Positions 11,943 through 26,414 are shown, numbered from the stretch's first letter. The stretch: 64,000 bases of DNA from Octopus vulgaris (GCA_951406725.2 OX597828.1:3844001-3908000), one strand, 5' to 3'. A program made the numbers and translations. Notes: a model not told the origin generated them from the sequence alone.

Positions 11943-14230
11943 AGCAGCAAAGTTATCCAGAGGTAATGCAGTACGATCGTTTCAAGCAACTTCATGTAAT
12001 TGAACACTACAATCATTACATCAATATAAATGCACACCAATTCTCAACTGCATAAAGAAATAGAATTTAATTAAATTAAAACAGATGGCCACATTAGTAT
12101 AGTTTTACCTACAATCTCTAAGAAGGTAAGGAGATAGACAAAGAACTAGCTGTTTTCACTTCAGCTTAGAAGCTACTAAGGTATCAGGAAGAAAGACTTC
12201 TTACAGATTTTGCTTGTCACTCTTTTATGGGGTCACTTTTAATTTATAGACTAGTTTATCAAATCTTTGTATATATAAGGCCAAAAAAACAAGGAGTTGT
12301 GCCTGCTAGGAAGGGGGATGAGTGAATCGACAGAAATCATAGTGGGTATAGTCATAAAAAACTATCAAGATTTATTTGAAGCAATATAATGAGAATTGGT
12401 AACGGAAATCTTAAATCAAGATATTAACTGACAATTAAAGGAGCAAGCCAACAGTAGACCATTGATAACGAAACTGGGGAAATCTTATCATGTGATACTA
12501 TAGTAAAATATTTTAAACAATATTATCATATTGTATAAAGTTAAAGTTTAGAATATTACAACCAAAGGATAACATTTTTTAAATAATTTGAGTATATACC
12601 AAACTTTTAACACAATAGAGGGAGGAAAAGAAATTTCATAGATATAGCTTAATATTTATACACATTATTTATCTAAATATTAACTTATTAGATGGTATCT
12701 AATTGATCAATTGGATTTTACTGGTATTTAATAAAGGAGCACTAAGGCTAAAGAACATATTAAATATATACTAATTAAATTAAATTAAATTATTTTAAGT
12801 TGTGGAGATACAGGTATTGTATGAATTTATAAGTATGAATTTATAGGGGTACAAAAATTAGATTTATTAAAAGCTATTATAAAATAATAAAATGATCAGG
12901 TAGGTTGGAGCACCATAGAAAAGGAGTAAAGATAGCCCAATCATTAAAACAATAATAAAGTATATATACCTTATTAACATCAATAGAGAAGATTTACAGA
13001 ATAAGTATAATAATTTCAGTGTTATGAACTAAAAGTTGTTTATTTACTTATTTGGTTTATTTCAATCAAGACTGATACCCGGTATTAGTTAAAAGAATAT
13101 TGATGTTATAGGACATACTAATTATATACTAATTTTAAATTAAGAGGTATAATATGGGTTTTAAAAGTTATTAGTGTTAATCTGTATATGCTATTACAGT
13201 TTCTTAGGGGTATTTAATTTGAAGGGCTACTTGTATCAAGGCCAATATAAATACTAAGATCAGGAGGGTGGAACGCTTTAAGAAAGGGCTAAAAAACTTA
13301 GTTACTAAAACTATTTTAAACAATATATCCATATTGCATAAAGTTAAACTTTAGGGTTAACAAGAAGATTTAACGTCGAGGCGAAATAACGAATTAACTA
13401 TATATTAATTAAATTATAATCTAAGCAGTTTAATTTTAAGCTGTGAAGATATTGTTTTATATAAGCTAAGTATGAATTTATAAGGGGAACAAAATTTAGG
13501 TTTATCTCAAAGCAATTATAAAATATTAAAAAATATTAAAATGTTCAGGTAGGGTAGAACACCATAGAAAAGGAATAAAATAACTTAATCATTAAAACTA
13601 TGATGAAGTATATATACAGCTAGCTTAGTAACATCAATAGAAAAGACTTATAGAAAATGTGTATCTAAAACTAAAGATTGTATACTTACTTATTTAGCTT
13701 GTATCTATAAAGACTGATACCTGATATTAACTAAAGTAATGTTGATATTGTAGGACATGCTAACTATATACTAATTTTAAACTAAGAGGTATATTATAGG
13801 TTTTAAATCACAAGATCAATAAAGGGCTACTTTCGAAAATATTTAAAGGTACGGGTGACACTATGTACACATGATACCCTAAGGTCTAATCGATTATTAA
13901 TCAGGTTGCCTTTATCTTTATGTTTAAAATTTCATGTTTCCATAGAGCACAGTTCACACCCATATCTGCTATAAGGCTGTGCTTTTCATATTATTTCCCA
14001 TTTGAGACTAAACCCAATTCCACTTTCCTTTGTCTATCTTCTTACTTTCTTGGAGATTTTAGATAAAATTATACTAATGTGTCCATCTGTTTTAATTTAA
14101 TCAAATTCTATGTCTTTGTGCAGCTGAGGATTGCTCTGCATTTAAATTGATATAATGATTAGATTCTTTAATTAAACGGAGTTGCTTGGAGCGATCTTAC
14201 TGAATTACCTCTGGATATTCTTGGTGCTTA
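11941..14230 (-). mobile_element. Degenerate Penelope-like partial tandem bracketed by ~200-bp inverted repeats
   Basis: Inverted arms at 11941-12143 and 14028-14230. Diverged direct repeats at ~12495-13165 and ~13300-13805. Minus strand 13850-14010 translates to KWEII.KAQPYS...C.L..E..IL..KDKGNLINNR.DL...CVH, resembling the C-terminus after a PLE GIY-YIG domain. Confidence 0.55.
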
Positions 14231-14556
14231 TTTTAATTTTAATCACTTGATTTTGAAATTGTATGGATAATATCGTACTAAATTCTGGTGCCTCAACTTA
14301 AGTATCATATTCATCTGAATATATTTATATATATATATATATATACACGATCAGAAAATGGAGGAAAGAAAACAAATAGAAGTGTATCTTTGGTGCTAAA
14401 AAGCCAATAGTAACAAGGCAAGTGGCCGCTGGTCTGCGTGATTCATTGAATACACGGCGCTCGCCTGAATTTGACGGTCTCTGTCTTAAACGCCGGACGC
14501 ATATATAATAGTCAGTTTAGAGTTAACTAATTTGCATTCGTTCTCACCCACTTTTT

Positions 14557-15673
14557 ATGACAGGCTCGACGAAAAAGAAGTGTCGAAAGTGTATTGATGA
14601 GCACTTACCATATGGTTTTATCAAGAATTCTACAGAACCAAAACAGCTCTTTTGTCTCATGTGTCGTCAATCTTTGTCCAATGAAGACATGAATCCCTCT
14701 CCACTCTCTGACCACATGAGTAGAAAACACCCCGAAAAAGTCGGTAAGCCTATCAAATATCTAAAAATCATTATTTAAGAAACAGACAAAAATTAATGAC
14801 GGTGGACTAATTGCTTCCTACAAAATCGCAGAGATTATTGCAAAACCATGCTGTGCACATACGGTAGCTGAAAAGATTATTGTGCCTGCAGTATGTATTA
14901 ATAATACCAGAATGTATTAATCAAGATCCTTCATATATCATTAAAGCTCTCCCTTTGAGTAATGATTCTATCCGAAGGAGAATTGATGAAATGTCAAGTC
15001 ATGTCGAAGATTTACTAATTCAAAGATTGAAAACAACCATCTGTCTGTCTTGAAAAATGATTTAGAAAGCAGATTTGCCGATTTATTTAACTTTACTATT
15101 CAGCCATTCGATTTTGATCCTCACAGTGCATACGAAAATCGCCAGGAGGAGGTCGTCGAGATGAAATTTAATGATGAATTTCAAATTAAGTAAAAAAAAG
15201 AAAGATTGTACGAATGTTGGCAATCAGACACTGTAAAATTACTATATCCAAATTTGTGGTCATAAATGTCGAAAATACTTTTGTGTTTACCGACATCCTA
15301 TCTTGTCAAAACTGGATTTAGTACTGTCAATCACATTTTGCGAAAGGAAAGAAACACATTTGACTTTAGTTCATATGGGTTTATTCCTATCAGCTTGAGT
15401 AGCATTAAGCCTGGTATTGAATTGTTAGCGGACCATCACCAATCTCAGGGCTCACACTAGTTAGTCCTTTTCTACATTTAAATTTAGAATGACGTTTTAT
15501 TCTAATTCGTTTTTCTTTTGCATTTACATGTACAACATTTTTCTAGTGTTGATTGATCGTAACTACATTATATTTAATATTTTTTCATCATTGTTTGGTG
15601 GCCGATTATCAATTAGCTTACGTCAAAAATAACTTTCAGGGGGCGATGGCCAGGAAAAGTTTGAGAACCACTG
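14557..15673 (+). mobile_element. hAT (Buster/Charlie-type) transposon, internally deleted transposase pseudogene
   Basis: N-terminal KKKCRK..YGFI..CLMC..LSNE.M.PS.L..H...H zinc finger, LPLSNDSIRRRIDEMS, then the C-terminal dimerisation motif PTSYLVKTGFS...HHQSQGSH. The catalytic core is missing. 3' TIR tttgagaaccactg is followed by gtatagac; the 5' TIR was not found. Confidence 0.85.
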
Positions 15674-17347
15674 GTATAGACCATTGTAATTTATGATCTA
15701 TGCTTTTTGATTTTAATTCATATATATGTTCGGAAAGATATGCAACATGAAAGCTTTTCATGTCAGAAGAGAAATTTTTATGTGAGTAGAATGTTTTTTT
15801 AGTTTTCTTCTGTAGATCATCAGGATAAAATTTAATGTTGCTATGTGTTCAATTCTCTCTCTTCTTATCTTTCTCTGTTTCTCACTCCTTTCTCCGGCTT
15901 TTTAGACTCATTTTATCTTCCTCTGCTTATTGTTTTCTTATTACGTATCACTCAAAATACTTATAAAATGCATCTTCGTCTACGCTAATTCCACTTACAC
16001 ACGAAACATGCAATGTAGAGTTACAAACAACCACGCTGTTTAAACGTACGTAGGAACTTGAAATATAAAGTTGTGTTCATCGTAATTTCTCTTACATTTA
16101 TTCTTTATCATAATTATTAATACTCCTAAGTATAATGCTTCCCTAACCACTATACTGGAAGACACAGAACGATAATAATCTAAGTGGAGCTCTCAACTTA
16201 ACGGTAGCAGCCGTACAATGCATTTGTGAATAAAAATAACATAAATATATTGTAATAATAAATATGCATACATATACCTAAGTATATTGCAATGTAGATT
16301 GCTGGGAAAATTTGGCTGGCGATAGAAAAGTTGTTTTGGCCTTAGTTACCATCCAGTGATTTATCTGATTATCCAATGCATTCATCTTTTTATTAAGATT
16401 TAAACGGTTTGAGGAACATTTAGACACCACTTACAGGTTTCCTTACTCTTTTCTATTGATGACATTGCTTCAGTTCACCTACTGCCATATCAAACATTCC
16501 ACCAAACAAAAATATAAACATGTTTTTACACATCCCTTAAATCTAGGGTGACTATATAGCATTGAATAAGTAAAACATTGATTGAATAATTATTGGTTCA
16601 GAATTTAACACATTTTTGATAGTTTAATTAACTCACAATTAATTTATTGCTTTCAGTGTTTAGATTAATTCTGCTTAGTGAATTTGCATTTCTTTCATTG
16701 TAAAACAGAAAATACGGCTTTAAGCCTGTGTATTAAATCGAATACTATTCAGTAATTTTTCTGCGTGTCCTACACTTGAAATAATTTTGTATCCATCAAT
16801 TTCTTATCCATCTCCTTCCTTGATTCCAAATACATCTTCCTGCCAAATAAGAATGATAAATTTCGGTGAAATTCCGCTGAATGCGGTTGAGTAAAAATGA
16901 AATCTCACTTCTAGCAAGTAGTGGAACATTAATCAAGTAATCAAAGAACAGATTGATATGATGTAGTGTATACAGTAGGAACGAAACATAATTCATAGCG
17001 AATATATCAGAAGCAGCTCCGTGACTAATTTATTTGCAGTTAGTTTGGCACAATTTCAAATCCATTATTTATTGCAAGAGATTTCGATTCCAACAGAGAT
17101 GTTCTACTTATCTCAACTCATAGCAGCAAATAAATCATGGTACTCGCAGTGGTAAACATTAAGTAAACCAAGTTCCACAATAGCATATATTTTCAGACTG
17201 TTTTTGTAACGTAAGCAGAAATAAAACATACGTGATCAACTCTCAACTGAAATTTTTAAAAAGAGATAAAATTAACTTACAATCCACGCTTCGCCGTTTT
17301 ATTTATCTCTCTAGTTTCATTTTTCTCACATTTTCTGTTTCTCATTA

Positions 17348-18321
17348 TACTGAGTTGGCAACTAAGTTTCCGCTGTTATTTTAAATGTAAATTATTTAAA
17401 AGGTTTAATAAAACATAACAACTCATTAATCAATAATGTACTCACATTTGTTGTTTACAACGTCTTCCCAATGTTCAATAGGATTTTCAATAACTCGTTG
17501 GTAGAAATCACCCGATTTCGGCTCGAAAAATTGATTCAACCAAGCTCTCAATTCTGTATCAGTTCTGAACGAAACTCCGCGCATAGCATTTGAAAGAGAT
17601 CGAAAGAGGTGGAAATCAGTTGGTGCCAAAATGGGAGAGTACGGTGGGTGTGGCAAAACTTCCTAGCCCTGCGTTTGAATGGCTTCCTTGGTGATATGAG
17701 GGCCGGCGTTGTCGTGCAGCAGGACTCCATGCTGCTGATTAGGACTTTTCTCTTTGAATAGCCGTGTTGCGTCGTTCCATCTGTTGAACATAGAGTTCCG
17801 CGTTGACCGTTTGGTTCCGTTCAAACAATTCGTAATGGATAAATCCCTTCCCAGCCCCACCATACGCACAACATCATTTTACGCGGATGAAGATCTTGTT
17901 TCACGCGCGGTGTCGCTTGTTTCCTTACGCTGCTTCATATTGATGTACAGGAACCATTTTTCGTCGCAAGTAACGATTCGGTAAAGAAATCGTTGCTTCT
18001 GTCCATGAGTTGAGCGGTGAGGAGCAAGCAAACCAGCGGAGATTGTGGCTCGTTGATTTTTGTTGTCACTTAAAGCATGCAGAACCATTGCACCATACTT
18101 CTGAACCTTTCCTATCGAGTGAAGATACTTCTCTATAGCAGTGTGGGAGCATTCCATTTTCTCCTCCTTGTCGTTTGACGCGAATTTTCGTGCAAAAGTT
18201 GTTTTCAGCTATGGCACCCTCTCCATACACAGCACAAGTTTCCCGAGCAGTATTTATGGCCTTAGAAAGCAAAGAGAAGGACATGTCGAAAATACTCGTC
18301 TTTCTTAACTTGGCATTCCAT
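17348..18321 (-). mobile_element. Mariner (DD34D) transposon, frameshifted transposase pseudogene at 17426-18321
   Basis: MECQVKKDEYFRHVLLFAF start, VLHAL (WVPHEL-like), IVTCDEKW, HDNAGPH, HPPYSPILAPTDFHLFRSL. One TIR (ta-ctgagttggcaactaagtt) at 17348. Confidence 0.92.
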
Positions 18322-18489
18322 TTTAATTATCTGAAAATATACAAAAATTAACTAAAATTAACTAGAAAATAGTTTGATTTTTTTCTAATTAATTATATAT
18401 ATATATATATGAATGCCTTCTTTTATGCGCACATATACATATACAAAAGTATTTTCTTAACAAAAGTTCAACTCAAATTATTATAACTA

Positions 18490-20240
18490 AAAATTTCACA
18501 GATCCAAAGGTATATCGTCTTTTGTTGGATCCTCTAGCACGGAGTGGCAATGGAGCATTGGTCCTTAATAAGTTTGATTGCCACTTATGTTGAAGAAATG
18601 TTACCATTCGTTATATCGGGTCGCTTGATAGAATTGATAGGTTTTCAAGAGATAACTTTAGGGGATACAGCTCTGGAAGGAATTGTAAGGTGGTGGTTGC
18701 TAATTCTATTCTATAAATTTTGACTGTGTAACTTCGTTCTTGTATTTAGTGGCAAACGACAGCTTCACCGATAAGGTGTCTGGGAGTTCGACAATCCGAG
18801 AAAAAGTCGTCCGCTTGCCTTGGGAAAAGCTAGAATCAAACACTTAAGGATTCTAGCTCTAGCAAAGATACCAAATCCTAACTAGTCAACCGGTCAAAGA
18901 GCTGTTGATAAAAGCTAGCAACTTGGAACGCTCAAAGTATTGTGCATCCATTATGGAATCATACCCAAACTGCAGCGGACATTTTTACCTTACGACTTCT
19001 TGCATGACTCAAGTAGAGGCAGTGGAAAGGCTGTACAGTAAGTTTGTGCGAAGGTAACTGGATGTTCCGCCAAATTTCAGCTCAGTCAATATGTACAGTA
19101 TGATCACTAAGCTCTGCCAACAAATTACATTAGTGGTAGAAGAATTCAAAGACGCAAAGACGAGAGTAATCATCACATTGCTTCTCTCTGAGACACTAAG
19201 AAGACAATAGAATGTGGCAGAAAATGAAAAGTTCAGGAAGTTGTAAAGGAAGCAGAAACATACAGGAAATACCAGGATATATTTTTGGACTAGTCTGTCA
19301 AGGATTGTTAGGACTTGGCAATGGCAGCACCAATGCTGGGTGCAGGAAACAGTTTACAGTAGAAAGGATCCGTGTTTCAATTCAGACGGCTCGAAGTGTG
19401 AAAGCAGTTGGGCTTGTCTACTAGGTTAATGGATTCTGTGGAAGCAGGCTGCTGAGCGCACATTGTTCTGGAAGGATCTCTGCAGCACTGACCGGGAATA
19501 CTGTCCTTCCAATTTCTTGCTGCCACAGATGTCTTGCCAACCTCAAATAATCTTAAAATATTGAGTAAGTAAAACAACTGATTCTACTTTTTGCACCCTG
19601 AACCAAATTTCGACCGGATGTTCTAGAACACTAAGGGAAGCCCGATTCAAGTGGAAACATGACAAGGTTCTTACAGAAATTGCCAAATAGACTAATCTGG
19701 AAAGGGTGAAGGCTAATAAACATTAGCTACCTTCACAAAAGTAACAAATTCCTAAATAAATGTGACAAAGCTCCCAAAGAGAAAGCTATGAAAGTGGACA
19801 CATTTTCTATTTTCAGTCTTAGAAGGGAAGCTGCAACTGAACTTGTGGGAGTGACTTGTCTTCCCTGAGGAGATAGTGTTAACATCATATCATCGAGATG
19901 TGGTCCTGCTTTCCAGGAATAAAAACACAATCATCGTCGTCGAACTTAAAGTGTCATAGGAGAACAAATTCGATGCTTCTCACCCCAAGTTACCTAATCA
20001 AAATATCAGGATTTATGCGCTTTTTCCTGCAGAAGGTAATTATGGAATCCAGACAACTAAAGGAAATAATAACGGAAATAGGTAAGGCAGAATCTAGCAC
20101 AAGATGGTTATGGTCGATAAGAGACCAGAGGTGGACCGATTTCGTAGGTGATGTCTAGTTAAGTCCTCGCTGCCATACTCGGGTGAAGCGTACAAACTAA
20201 TATAAGAAGCACTTGTAACCCTGGGTTACCTGATGACTAT
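18490..20240 (+). mobile_element. Degraded non-LTR retrotransposon with restriction-like endonuclease, HERO-like, 3' half
   Basis: Remnant motifs: FLAATDVLPTSNNL, RFKWKHDKVLTEIA, LVFPEEIVLTS..RDVVLLSRNKNTIIVVELKVS*E (PD..E-type RLE), KAESSTRWLWSIRDQRW. Confidence 0.75.
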
Positions 20241-20409
20241 AGGGGAGGTTTTCCAACATTGCAATGGATTTAGACGAGGTTACAAACTTCTGTGTTGTTG
20301 CAGTTTCTGAGATGGGTAAAGTATTCCTGATGTTTTATCCCCATCCCCTTTTCACCGAGCTGAGACCGTAAATGGAATTAAAAAACGCACTGGGGCATTT
20401 TTTTCGGTT

Positions 20410-20548
20410 ATTTAAATTTTGAGTTCAAGTTAATTACTGTCGTTCATATTTTCAGAGTTGATGAAATAAAGTAAGAGTCAAGTAATAGAGCGATGGTATT
20501 GACTAACCTCTCCTTTTAAAGTGCTGGCCTTGTGTCTAAGTCAGATTC
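20410..20548 (+). mobile_element. Old SINE family A copy; further decayed copies near 21110-21230 and 21318-21420
   Basis: gagttcaa...gttgatgaaataaagta...gactaacctctcc...gctggccttgtg aligns loosely with the 29026 and 46628 copies. Confidence 0.45.
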
Positions 20549-21697
20549 AGTTACTGAGCTTTGCTTTTTGCAAGAATGTGTGTTTGTGTGTTTGTGTGTG
20601 AGTGTGTGTGTGTGTAAATGGTGCATGTGTACGTGCGCTCATGTTTTATGTTGAGAGTAATAGGATGTTACAGATGAATATGGCGAGAGTGTGCTCCAAA
20701 CTATATTACTTCACATGCTGGTGGACACCCATGTTTGGAGGGGGAATTGGGCTGTACTGTTAATTATTGTGACCATGCATTTTTTGCTACATTCAGTAAT
20801 CAATCACATTGATTATCAACATTAATAAATGATTTGAACACATTTTCTCGAATCAAGAAGTTTGGAAGTGAAAGTTAACCTCGGCACAATTTGAATTGAG
20901 AAAATCTAAGCCAGACAAATTACCACACGTCACTTATTCAACGCGTAGCTACTATGTAAACTTTATGTGATTCCACTCGCGGCTAAATGAGCGAATTTTG
21001 TTATATTTTTAGGAAAAATATTACCGTGTTATCATCAATTGCTATAAAAACAATTGATATTTTGATTATTCTAATCATTTATTAGCAATACCTTCACTAT
21101 ATATTTCCTGTTCAAATACTGCCTGCCGCAGTTTAATTTTGTCCTTCTGCTGTCGATAAATTAAGTGATCAGAAAACACTGATGTTTACATAATAGTCTA
21201 TTTCCCTTACGTACAAAATCTGGTCTTCTATCTATGATAGAGATCGAAATTCGTGGTCGCGAAAGTCGATAAATTGGTGGTCACAATGAATTATGTTGTT
21301 TAGTGATATTCCATTGCGTTCAAATAAATTTGCTCTTTGCATTATCTTTGATCCCTTAGTGGCCGAAATAATTAATGCCCAGTAAAATATCAGCAGCAAT
21401 GTAATCGACTACCGTCCTCCACCAAAGTGTGTAAAACTGCAGCTAGTTTAAACCTCAATATATCTATTATGGGCGCAAGCCCACAATAAGAGAAGTAATG
21501 ATCAACTATCAAATATATATTTCGGTAACTTGTACTTATTTCATTGACGAAGAAATTTTAAAATATACAAACGATAGATAATGTCGGGAAAATGACTTAT
21601 ATTAAGTAAAGCAATTCACAATATTAACATAAAAGTTAATTCAAGTAGGCATTAATAAAGATTATTCCATGCAAATTACTGCACGATACATTATATT

Positions 21698-21699
<2 letters not shown>

Positions 21700-21772
<73 letters not shown>

Positions 21773-21780
21773 GGAGAGAA
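21700..21780. repeat. (GA)n microsatellite
   Basis: Directly visible. Confidence 0.95.
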
Positions 21781-23150
21781 TGAGTAACAAAAAGAGGGGG
21801 AAATTTTAAAGAGAAACTGGAAAATATTTAACTGGAAGATTGGGATGTCACACAATATTTCACAATGTTTCTGTACCTCGTTCTATCACTCAATCGTATT
21901 CATCTCATTCCCACTGCATTTAATTTCAGTGTTTTTTCATTCAGGTGTATTATTCGTTCCTTTCATTCGAAAATCCTAAACAAAGCGAGAAACCTCTTAG
22001 TGTAAGGGACTATGAAGAAAAAAAAATTAAGATAAGAAAAGGGGAAACAATGAGATGGAAGAGAGTTCCAAAGTGTGGCATTTCGAAGGAAAATGTTACG
22101 ACTTTACGAGGACTTCTTCATCTGCTGTTCTAAAGGAAAACTCGCTTACAGAACGATTACATGAAAAACAGTTTCCTCATTTTGTGCGCAATGAGCAAAC
22201 TGAGGCCACTTCCAATCCAGCACTTCCAAACCAGCATAATAATCCTGCATAGTAATGAAATCCGTTAGTAAGGAATTTCTGAAGTTATTTATAATTCCTG
22301 GGTTGAAAATAATTCGGAGTAGACCATCCAGTTGAGTTTTATCAATCTCCAAAGATTTCCAGTGACCATCGTTTCTTCCTTCGGTTCCCCACGTCTTCTG
22401 TATCTATAGCAAGTGTTCGAGAAAATCGTAGTATTCCGTATTATGGCCAGCATATAATGTAGAGCCGAACGTTGCAGCATTGAGGCCTTTCCCCAAAGCA
22501 TTATAATAGATGAAGTGTACATTCATAAAATGGTTTGAACAAAGAAATGGCTTATGCTTAATTCTTAGGAAATAAATCGATACAGGTTTGTTGAAAAGTT
22601 TTACCGTTGAAGTTATAGTCATTCTTTTTCAGGAAAGATACTCATTGACAAGAAAATGAAAGAGAAGAAAAGAAAAACAAAGACAGTTATTGAGGACGAA
22701 GTAAGCAATCTTTTATCTAGAAAGAAATATAGCTTGAAGGATTAACAAGGAACATCTGATCGATACACTGATATTAATATATAAAAAGAGAGAATATCAA
22801 AATATTGGAAAAACTGTTCCGTTACACCTGATTAAACCAAACACGTTCCACAGACCACGCATAACGAATTGCGTATTCCTTAAGCCATATTTGACATCCA
22901 TTGTGAAAATATCTTTCTAAAGAAAATTCTGAATAGCAGTTCACTATCGCAGTATACGTCGTAGATGTCAGATGATGTTTGTCGCATATATGATAGTTGT
23001 AATAATAATAAATGCATAAATATATGCGTTCGACATTACAAATTGGAGTAAAAGGACTCAATACACAAACTAGAATTTATATAAATATATAAGTATGCAA
23101 ATATGCATGTTTGTATGTATGCATGTATGTATGTATATACGTATGTATGT

Positions 23151-23986
23151 CATTATTCAGTTTTATTTCAAGATCTCTTGCCGATTGACAAAGAGCCGGT
23201 TTCTAATCTAGATCCAAGTATTCTTCATTGGAATTTCAACATCGACAACAGGGTATTTATGTTTGTATGTATGAATGTAAGTATATGTGCAAATTTGTAT
23301 GTTTTGTTTTATGTATGCATTCTCATGTTTTGTTTTAGGTATGTATTCTTCATACCTAGACTTGCTCATATATATATATTCAAATGAAAGACTTGTAAGT
23401 TTTACAGATTTTTACAGTTCCAGTAATGGATTGGATCTGTAGACTTCGAATTAGCTTTCTCTTTTCTGGTTTTAAGTAGCCTAATTTCTCAAGATTGGTA
23501 TTTAGTCAGAGTGTTACATATCCCAGGGCCCCAATAATTACAGATATAAATCTGAACTTGTAATCTGGTTGTAGTAACTACAGATTTCTCAATAGTTCAG
23601 CATAGGTGTTCTCTTTTTCACTGATCTTCAGCTTTATGTTAACATCCGCCGGGCAGCTAATTTCCACAACTGTACACTCTTTCTCTTCTCAATCCTAAAC
23701 CATTATATTAGGTCTCTTGTGTTTACATTTTATTATGAGTGGCTATGGCTTCTACCATACTGTGGGTTATCCTAGCTACAATATCATGTCACATCTCTAG
23801 ATAATACCGTGATGATATTTTCGTTCAACTGTGGATGATATTCTCAGTGTTAACTGACAAAGTCTGCGTCAGTTGTCACATTTCACTGCTTTTCCTGCAT
23901 TTTTATCCATTTTGTTCATCAGGTATTTGGTTGATATTTCTTGATCCTGGATTGCAAGCACATGCCCTCCAGAATGGGAGGTAATA
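23151..23986 (-). mobile_element. 5'-truncated R4/Dong-like non-LTR retrotransposon (RLE type) within (TACA)n
   Basis: Minus strand: ITSH..HVLAIQDQEISTKYL...KCDN*.RLC (zinc-finger remnant)...HDIVAR...KCKHKRPNIMV..EEKECTVVEISCPADVNIKLKISEKENTY...VIIGALGYV. (TATG)n on both flanks. Confidence 0.8.
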
Positions 23987-25895
23987 TGTATGAATGTATG
24001 TATGTATGTATGTATGTATGTATGTATGTATGTATGTATGTATGTATGTATGTATGTATATTTGTATATTTGCGTGTGTGTATAATTTTCCATGTGTGCC
24101 TATACCTATGTGTCGATACGTGTGTGCATGCGTGTGTATGTGTGTGTGCTTGTATGGAAGCGGAAAACTAAAATTGGTAATGGAAGAAACTCAGAGCCAT
24201 CTCCGAATAAATAAATTCTACTTAACACACGCACACACACAAACACACATACACACACACATACACACTCAAACACACACACGCACATATATATGCATGT
24301 ATGTAACTATATATGTAATATACTCTAGGATGTGGAAACACTAAATCTCCATCTTTGTGAACTGTCTCGATAAAACTGACGTGTTATTTATAGACAGTTG
24401 AATTGAAATCTAAGCATGTATATGTATACACTCATAGAGAACAGACAGGCAAATGGCTAGCCATACACATAAACAATGAAGCAGACCGACATGGTGCTAT
24501 ATACATCTGCTACACTGGAATTGATTAGTTAATTGGTAAGCACTTCGGTGGCTTGCAAAAGTTTGGAATGATTATTGATTTTACATATTTTCGACGCTGA
24601 ATCCATATGATAACTAACACTGGGATACTAGAATAATAGGCCGGAATATAGTTCATATTTATCATGTTGAATTTATTATTTACCAGTCTGATATTATCCA
24701 AATAGTTTTGAAGATTCGGTTTATAACATGCATCTGCCATTCATTATTTCCGTCTAGAATTCCAAGTAGCGATAAAAATTCCCTCACACAGACGCCGTAT
24801 TTTCAAAATCAAGTATTTTCAAAATCAAATTTCCAAAATCAGAATCATAACTGGTCTGTTGATCATTGATTTTGTAGCATAAAAAGTAATTGTCTGAAGT
24901 TAAAACATCGAAAAGAACTATGAAATATTCCAGAACTGAGAAAGAGTTATGGCAATTGATTATGATTATTTCAACTCAGTATACTTAAGTGTAGATCAGT
25001 AGTAATTAGTATTTGTCATTCTTGGCGGGGGGTCAGCAGCATATAATCGGAAGTGGGTGTAAATGGTAAAAGACCATTTATTTTTCGTATTTCTTTTCCA
25101 GAGACACTGAGAGAAGTGAGATTGAGTGAGGAAGGTATTCAAAACCCTGAGACCTGTCTCAAATACTTTCAAAGGGGTGAAGTTCTTTAAAGAAATTCGA
25201 GGTCATGTAGTGGTAATAAACCGAGTAGTGAATTCAGTTTACCACTTTGCCATCTAAGTAGACTTAAGTCCGCAGCAATGCATGACAAATACCACGTGGA
25301 ATTTCATGCGACACTTTGCTACGTATTACACAGTATAAAAATAAAAAAAATGCCTTCGTATTTCGATCGCACTTCAAAAAAGAGAATATTAATTCAGTCC
25401 CGAAGTAAGACGATGGATCAGATTTAGGAATGCAAGAACCTAGAAAAATGTTAATTACTCACAAACAAAAAAGAACATAGTAAGAAACAATTGTTTATAA
25501 TTTTGAGAGATACACAAAATTACAAATGCTGTAATTGGTAGAAATGTGTAAAAGGGAAACTTAAATGTTTCCGCCATTTATTCTTATCATATTTTCGAAA
25601 ATATATATTTGTATTGTACGGTCAGTACAGATGCCATTGTTAGGCTTCAAAATTGGTATGGAAACCTGTGCATAGACCATGCATCTGCAGTTGCGTTGCT
25701 GCATGTATTTCGCAAGTTTAATAGCTGGTTATTTTGTTTTTATTCACGTCTTTTAGCAAACTAACTATTAATATGCCCTTTCTTGCTACATGTAGATCTT
25801 GGTTACATGAACATGAAGAAGCAAACTTTGCCCACATAATTATTATTTCAAGATGCAACAAATAGATATACATACACACTATTACTAACACATAC

Positions 25896-25959
<64 letters not shown>

Positions 25960-26231
25960 CGATGATATTATTAAAATTCCATCACGAGTGGTAAGCGAAT
26001 TATCAGCCGTACAGGCAAATTAAGAAATAATATACATACAATATTAGATATGTACATATATAAATTCATAAGGGTTCCACACGAGTACTTATATCGCTAA
26101 AAAATAGAAGTCAAAAAATTCTTCTGTACCAGCGAATAGTTACAAATCTATTACAGTCAAGACAGGCAAAAAATACCAGTGAACAATAATGTCTTACCTC
26201 TAATGGGTCAGAACCAGTAAATGCTGGTCAA

Positions 26232-26286
26232 CCTCCTACCGGTTTCGAAATTTAACGCCAAATAGGTGCCCGATTTCTCATTAACC
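26232..26286 (-). ncRNA. Strongly degenerate hammerhead-like motif
   Basis: Minus strand: ttaatga gaaat...atttc GAAA ccgg TA. Stem II and the palindromic accggt are kept; the core and stem I have decayed. Confidence 0.35.
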
Positions 26287-26365
26287 AAAGTCCGTCAGCT
26301 AAATTCTACTAACATTCTCCCCCATCAGATATGTAAAAGTTCAAAAGTTCGTTTGAAGTGACCAA

Positions 26366-26414
<49 letters not shown>

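Noticed and set aside
14557-15460. Domesticated ZBED5/SCAND3-like gene
   Set aside because: Stops, frameshifts, a deleted catalytic core and a retained TIR indicate a dead transposon.
23200-23245. Hammerhead-like ccaatga...gaaaccgg in the R4/Dong 3' UTR
   Set aside because: The core has non-compensated changes and there is no convincing stem I.
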